64,000 bases of DNA from IMG/VR virus record IMGVR_UViG_3300031521_000015; one strand, 5' to 3'. Under the pieces are notes generated by a model. That model did not search any database. It was not told the DNA's origin and worked only from the letters and a program-made list of their open reading frames with translations. Source of the DNA: a virus. The stretch's first letter is position 1; each line of letters opens with the position of its first letter. Positions 58,853 through 64,000 of this stretch are shown here, one piece after another. The position numbers and the translations under genes are program-made.

Positions 58853-61800
58853 TTATTTTATAATTTTAGCAGATACTAAATTCCAATCCTTTTTCTTAGA
58901 GTTCCAAATTATTATACCTTGTGCGTTTCTACTGTCTTTCCTATTTAATCCTGTGGTATTTACCATTTTAGTCTTACCAAAATTATCAGTTAATTCAATA
59001 TCTATATCTTCAGTTATTTGAGTTATTAATATTGGTAATCCTAATTTCTTAGCTAAACTATTCTTTAATCTAGTAGCATTTTGTTTAGTAGCATATGAGG
59101 TTAATGGTATTATAACCAAATGCCCGTCAGGATACATTAATACTGTTTCTCCCTTATATTGGTTAGTAGTCAACATTCCTATTATGTTTTCATCTTTTTC
59201 TAGTGGCAATAAATTTGGTAAGAAGTCACCTATGGTACTTGGTGTCTTTTCATTGATTTCCCATAGATTTAAGAAATAAGCATTCCCTTGATTTGAAATA
59301 AAGATAGCTTTATCCTTGTTACTACATTGTATTATTGTTTTAACTTCATCATCGTCTTTAATTTTTTGAGTTTCGTTATATTTACGTGTTTTCTTAAAAT
59401 ATTGTTCTTTCGTAAATATTAGTGTAGCTGTAAAGTCTTCAATTAGATCTTCTTGTTTTACTTCTTTCACTTTATCTTCATAGATTATTTCTGTTTTACG
59501 AGGTTGTCCATATTCTTTTTTAACCCTTTGTAAATCTGATATAATCATCTTATCAATCTCTGAATCAGTTTCTAATTTATATTCTAAGTTTTTGATATCA
59601 TCTTCTAATGCATGAATATCTTTTATTTCATTTTCAATGTATTTCTTGTTTATGTTTCTTAATTTCATATCATAGACATATTTTCCTTGTATTTCATCTA
59701 AGTTGAATTCATTCATTAATTCTGGTATTATTTGATTTTCTTCACTATATCTATTAATTTCTATAGCTTTGTCTATATTTAATAATACCTTTTCTAATCC
59801 TTTCAATAGATGTAATGATTTTGATTTTGTATTGATGTCATTAGATAATACATTTTTTATACATGTTTTTCTGAATATCAACCATTCATCTAATATTCCT
59901 TTTATTCCTAATACTTTTGGTTTTCCATCTAAACATATGATATTCATATTAAAAGATTGTTTAGATTCCAAAGGAGTATTTTTATATAATAATGACATTA
60001 ATTTATCAGTATTGGTGTTCTTTTTCACTTCTATAGTAATTGATATTCCACTTAATTCTGTTGTATCTATAACATTTGTTATAGCTTTATAGGATAAGTT
60101 TTTATCAGAACATAATTCTTTAATTCTTGCGACTATTGCTTCAATATTTGTGCTATATGGTATTTGTGTGATTATTATATTATTATCAACAACTTTATAT
60201 TTTGCACGTAACGTTACATTTCCTTTCCCCATATTATAAATATCTTCTAATTCATTTTTGTCATATAATATTTCACCTTCTGTTGCAAAATCTGGTGCAA
60301 TTAAATAATCAGATACATTGATATCCTTGCTTGATATGTATGCAATTGTTGTATCTATTACTTCATTAAGATTAAATGATGGAGTTTTACTTGCCATTCC
60401 TACAGCGATACCTTCATTATAATTAACTAACAAATTAGGAAAAGTTGTTGGCAATAATTTCGGTTCTTGTTTTTGCCCATCATAATTTAGCATAAACTCA
60501 ACTGCATTTTTATTAATATCCTTAAAAAATTCTTTATTAATATTTGATGCACCAGCTTCAGTATACCTCATGTGAGCTTCTTGAAGTTCCTTACTATTGT
60601 GAGTGTGTAGCCCAAAATTACCCTTACCATTTACATAAGGATATAGTAATGTATCATCTTGTGCCATTCTAACTAAGGTTTGATAAATACTACCATCACC
60701 ATGTACATTATAAGACATATTATCTCCAACTATATTAGCTGATTTAGTTCTTTTATCATATAATCCTTTTTCATGTAACGTCCATAATAATTTCCGATGA
60801 GAAGGTTTGAATCCATCAATTCCGATGATTGCTCTATCTTTAACTATATCTATTGCATAAGGAAGATAATTCTCATTAACTAATTGAACTACATCTTTAC
60901 TGTCACACTCATCAAAATGCTCAATATAATCAAAGTTATTTGTAATCATATCTCTTCTATTTTCTACGTTATCACCTAACCACAATTCAAAAACTTCCAT
61001 CATTGCTTCAATATCTGATACAGTTACTTGAGTCAATCTTCTTGTATCTGGATTCATTATAGCTTTAGCCATAGTATCTTTTTGCATTTGTCCTAAACCT
61101 TTATTACGTTCAGGTGGATAATATTTAATTCCTTTACTGTCCAAATCTTTGGTTATATCTTCTTTTTCTTTATCAGTGTAAGCGAATAAAGTTTCTTCTT
61201 GTTTTTTATCTTTGTTTTTAGTAGTAATTTCAAATAGTGGTGCTTCAGCAATATAAATATATCCTTGTTCTATTAATTCTTTTGACATTCTATATACGCA
61301 ACACAGAATTAAGCATCTAATTTGATATGCGTCTATATCTTGGTCGGTTGCCAGAATTACCCTTTTCCATCTGAAATTATCTATATTAAAGTTAGGTAAT
61401 GGTGGTTTATCTTTTGTTTTCACATTAAATTTTGAATTATATAAATGAGTTCCACAGCAAAATACTCTGTATAAGTTATATACTACTTCATTAGCAAAAA
61501 TTTGTTTTTCTGTGGCTTTTAAAGTAGATAACATTTTACCACCTACATGAAATCCAGCTTGAAAAAATGATTTTCTACTTTGTAATATTCCACCAAGTGC
61601 AGACGATCCTTCCCCTATGTATATCTCAGCTAAGTCTTTGTCTTTGGTTATACAATTTTTAAAGTTTTTTATATCATCTGTAAATTTAATTTCATCAGAT
61701 AATTTTGCTTTAGTTTTTTGCCTAGTTTCTTCACTTTTTTCTCTTGCTCTTTTATTTATTAATATTATTTTTGATAAATTATCCATATCTTCTTTATTTT

Positions 61801-62899
61801 CAATTGAATAAATCTCTAAAAAGTCCTTTATGTATGTTTTAACAGTCGTTTCATAAAGTTCTTTTTTAGTTGAGAATTTTGTTTGAGAAGTATATGATAC
61901 ATTTGTAGAATTTACATCGCATATATAAGATATACTTTCCTCAATATCTTTTAATGTTATAGGCTTTTCTCCTTTTCCATACATGTTATTGTCTTTTAAA
62001 TAGCTGTTTATGGAATCTTTAAAACCACTTATTAGACCTCTATGAACCGTATTGTCTTCTAGTTGTGGCATATAAATTCCATTTAAAAATGGATAATGTA
62101 ACACCTTCTCTTTTGAAAAATTAACTACTAGATTAATTTTGGTTTTTTCTATATCATTTTTTTGCTTATCAATATTATAAAATTCACTTTCATATTCTTT
62201 TTCTGTAACTATTATATTATTAATTTCTCCTTTAATTTCTTTAAACTCTAGGTATTTAGATAAATTTTTAAAATTAAAAGTATAACATTGGTCTTTATAT
62301 TTAAATATAGAAGTTATATTTGGGCTAGTAACAACTATTCTTTCTACAATACCCTTAGCTTCATTTTCATTAAAAACAGTATTAGTATATATTTTATCAC
62401 ATAATTTAAAGGTTATTTCTGTTCCATGTTCTTCAGTAGTTCCTAAGCATTCAAAAGGAACAGAAATTTCTCCACCATTTATAAATTGTATATGATATAT
62501 TTTCCCATTTCTTTTTGATGTAATATCCATAAAATCACTAGAATAATTTATTATAGTATTTCCACAGCCATTTGTGCCTCCAGAAGTTTTGCCTGTTGAC
62601 ATTTTGCTTCCACTAAACAATATTAAAAAAGCATGTCGCCAATTGGGAATTCCATTACTTTCTCCATCTAAAATTATTCCACAACCATTATCTTTTATTG
62701 TTATTGTTTCATTATCATCATTTAGTATCACCTCTATTATTCCGTTTTCAGAATCCATTTCGACTAATATATCTCTACAATTTGTTACACTCTCTCTTAT
62801 TGGATGATAAAAATTATCATATCCATCAAAAAATACTGGTAATTTTAATATAGCTTGCTCTTTATCTGATAAATTTCTGTATGCATCTTCTTGTATCAT
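58853..62899 (-). CDS. Single-chain type IIA topoisomerase (GyrB/ParE-GyrA/ParC fusion)
   Basis: GHKL (RESVTN, DNGCGI, GGTNGCG), TOPRIM (EGSSA, ATDQDID), KGLG, DGFKPSHR, HGD.SIY, catalytic MRYTE, short C-terminal domain. Confidence 0.93.
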   Translation of the reverse strand: MIQEDAYRNLSDKEQAILKLPVFFDGYDNFYHPIRESVTNCRDILVEMDSENGIIEVILNDDNETITIKDNGCGIILDGESNGIPNWRHAFLILFSGSKMSTGKTSGGTNGCGNTIINYSSDFMDITSKRNGKIYHIQFINGGEISVPFECLGTTEEHGTEITFKLCDKIYTNTVFNENEAKGIVERIVVTSPNITSIFKYKDQCYTFNFKNLSKYLEFKEIKGEINNIIVTEKEYESEFYNIDKQKNDIEKTKINLVVNFSKEKVLHYPFLNGIYMPQLEDNTVHRGLISGFKDSINSYLKDNNMYGKGEKPITLKDIEESISYICDVNSTNVSYTSQTKFSTKKELYETTVKTYIKDFLEIYSIENKEDMDNLSKIILINKRAREKSEETRQKTKAKLSDEIKFTDDIKNFKNCITKDKDLAEIYIGEGSSALGGILQSRKSFFQAGFHVGGKMLSTLKATEKQIFANEVVYNLYRVFCCGTHLYNSKFNVKTKDKPPLPNFNIDNFRWKRVILATDQDIDAYQIRCLILCCVYRMSKELIEQGYIYIAEAPLFEITTKNKDKKQEETLFAYTDKEKEDITKDLDSKGIKYYPPERNKGLGQMQKDTMAKAIMNPDTRRLTQVTVSDIEAMMEVFELWLGDNVENRRDMITNNFDYIEHFDECDSKDVVQLVNENYLPYAIDIVKDRAIIGIDGFKPSHRKLLWTLHEKGLYDKRTKSANIVGDNMSYNVHGDGSIYQTLVRMAQDDTLLYPYVNGKGNFGLHTHNSKELQEAHMRYTEAGASNINKEFFKDINKNAVEFMLNYDGQKQEPKLLPTTFPNLLVNYNEGIAVGMASKTPSFNLNEVIDTTIAYISSKDINVSDYLIAPDFATEGEILYDKNELEDIYNMGKGNVTLRAKYKVVDNNIIITQIPYSTNIEAIVARIKELCSDKNLSYKAITNVIDTTELSGISITIEVKKNTNTDKLMSLLYKNTPLESKQSFNMNIICLDGKPKVLGIKGILDEWLIFRKTCIKNVLSNDINTKSKSLHLLKGLEKVLLNIDKAIEINRYSEENQIIPELMNEFNLDEIQGKYVYDMKLRNINKKYIENEIKDIHALEDDIKNLEYKLETDSEIDKMIISDLQRVKKEYGQPRKTEIIYEDKVKEVKQEDLIEDFTATLIFTKEQYFKKTRKYNETQKIKDDDEVKTIIQCSNKDKAIFISNQGNAYFLNLWEINEKTPSTIGDFLPNLLPLEKDENIIGMLTTNQYKGETVLMYPDGHLVIIPLTSYATKQNATRLKNSLAKKLGLPILITQITEDIDIELTDNFGKTKMVNTTGLNRKDSRNAQGIIIWNSKKKDWNLVSAKIIK

Positions 62900-62938
62900 T
62901 ATGTAATCACTCTCCTGTTATAATTTATTCAATATATT

Positions 62939-63298
62939 TTATCCAAGCCAATCAACATTATAATTATATTCTTTAATAACATCTAAAGCTTCTTCCATAT
63001 CTTTACCTATGAATTTCTCAGCTTTATTATTAATATCACCTTTGTACATATATTCATCATTATAATAAACATCGTCAGCCGTAATTCTATATAAGTTAGC
63101 TTGTTCTGTTTGTGTTAATTCTTCAAAATCTATTAATACAATATTTTCATTATCTATTTCTTCTTTTAATAGTTCCAACAATACATCTTCTAGCAGTTCT
63201 TGATCTTCAATATGACCTTCTTGAATTGTTATAATTCTATCACTATTAAATTCTAAATCATCTATATAATACTTATACCTAACCATGTAATCAATCAT
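62939..63298 (-). CDS. Acidic hypothetical protein
   Basis: RBS GGAGG; highly D/E-rich. Confidence 0.6.
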   Translation of the reverse strand: MIDYMVRYKYYIDDLEFNSDRIITIQEGHIEDQELLEDVLLELLKEEIDNENIVLIDFEELTQTEQANLYRITADDVYYNDEYMYKGDINNKAEKFIGKDMEEALDVIKEYNYNVDWLG

Positions 63299-63938
63299 AT
63301 TTAACTTCCTCCTTAATATATTTTAATTTATTATATGTAGAATTATTATCACCTTTTGGATAAGGCTCTTGTTTCCACAAACATTTTAAATATTTATCAA
63401 AAATAATTAAATACCTATGTTTTCTTGTTCGTGGTCTATGTTCTCCAATTAATCCTTTTATTTTACCTCTCTGATGTTTTATGTATGTACCATCTTCTTG
63501 CAATATCCAAAAATCAGATTTCTTAGCAGTAAGTCCATAATATTTAAAATTAGTTGCTTGATATATGTATCCATTATGAAATTCGCTATCTGCATAAGAT
63601 AGAATTGCTTTGACTTCTGCATCCTTCCTTAATAACTTTATTGTTCTGCTTAGAAACCATGAAGTTAAGTTCTTTTCATAATAAACTGGATTTAAAGCTA
63701 GTCTACCTAGTTCATATAAACCTTGTTGCTGATTTCTTTCTAATCCAAAACAACCTTTTGCCGTTTCTGGAACTGATAAAGTATGATATATAGCTACTCC
63801 TATTAAAGTATTGTCTAAGAATAAGCCATAATGGAATCCACTTCTGAATGAATAGCCCTGTTTTGATAGATAATGAAACTCTTCTAAGATATCTTTTGCT
63901 TCTTGTCTTGATACTTTTTTAATAACATAATCTTTAAT
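63291..63938 (-). CDS. Mom-family (GNAT-like) DNA adenine modification protein, ATT start
   Basis: Frame open 145 codons above the tracked ORF: FHYL, YELGRL, SWFLSR, SYAD..H.G.IYQATNF.Y.G, RKHRY; RBS GGGAGGGT 7 nt before ATT. Confidence 0.8.
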   Translation of the reverse strand: MKDYVIKKVSRQEAKDILEEFHYLSKQGYSFRSGFHYGLFLDNTLIGVAIYHTLSVPETAKGCFGLERNQQQGLYELGRLALNPVYYEKNLTSWFLSRTIKLLRKDAEVKAILSYADSEFHNGYIYQATNFKYYGLTAKKSDFWILQEDGTYIKHQRGKIKGLIGEHRPRTRKHRYLIIFDKYLKCLWKQEPYPKGDNNSTYNKLKYIKEEVKYD

Positions 63939-64000
63939 TTGATTTACCCTCCCTTTATCTCTATTAATTTATTAAAACCAAATAAAATTTCTCTTTTAAA

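Noticed and set aside
50112-62807. Plus-strand ORFs 50112, 53952, 54928, 57356, 58331, 59769, 61617, 62574 and minus ORF 56150..56344
   Set aside because: They are antisense or overlapping shadows of better-supported genes.
1-64000. tRNA or rRNA genes
   Set aside because: None recognised by eye; a covariance search would be needed to exclude them.

Overview
AT-rich (roughly 26% GC by eye) segment of a large Clostridium-type siphophage or prophage. The + strand arm (1-39.9 kb) holds the tail tip (Dit, Tal, BppU fibre, SGNH esterase), endolysin and holin, an antirepressor/Rep-like module, a separate ~23 kb signal-peptide-less fibre/adhesin gene cluster (13.5-36.3 kb), and two tyrosine recombinases. 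The - strand arm (40.3-64 kb) holds nucleotide and DNA metabolism genes: folA, thyA split by a group I intron with a GIY-YIG endonuclease, an ATP-dependent ligase with an internal stop, a DUF4942-type methylase, dut, nrdG/nrdD/nrdH plus an FTR-like protein, a soluble chemoreceptor, a fused GyrB-GyrA topoisomerase and a Mom-like DNA modifier. The most striking signal is the XerD-like recombinase gene at 36786-37610. It carries 18 GGCC sites in 927 bp, built through synonymous codon choice, while I found none in the other ~63 kb. Other candidates are a filament system with a repeat-array scaffold, a composite intergenic repeat, orphan sRNA units, a hairpin-bridged RBS, non-canonical ATT/ATA starts, a poly-C switch and tape-measure-like mini-proteins. 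All family calls come from motif recognition by eye; no searches were run.
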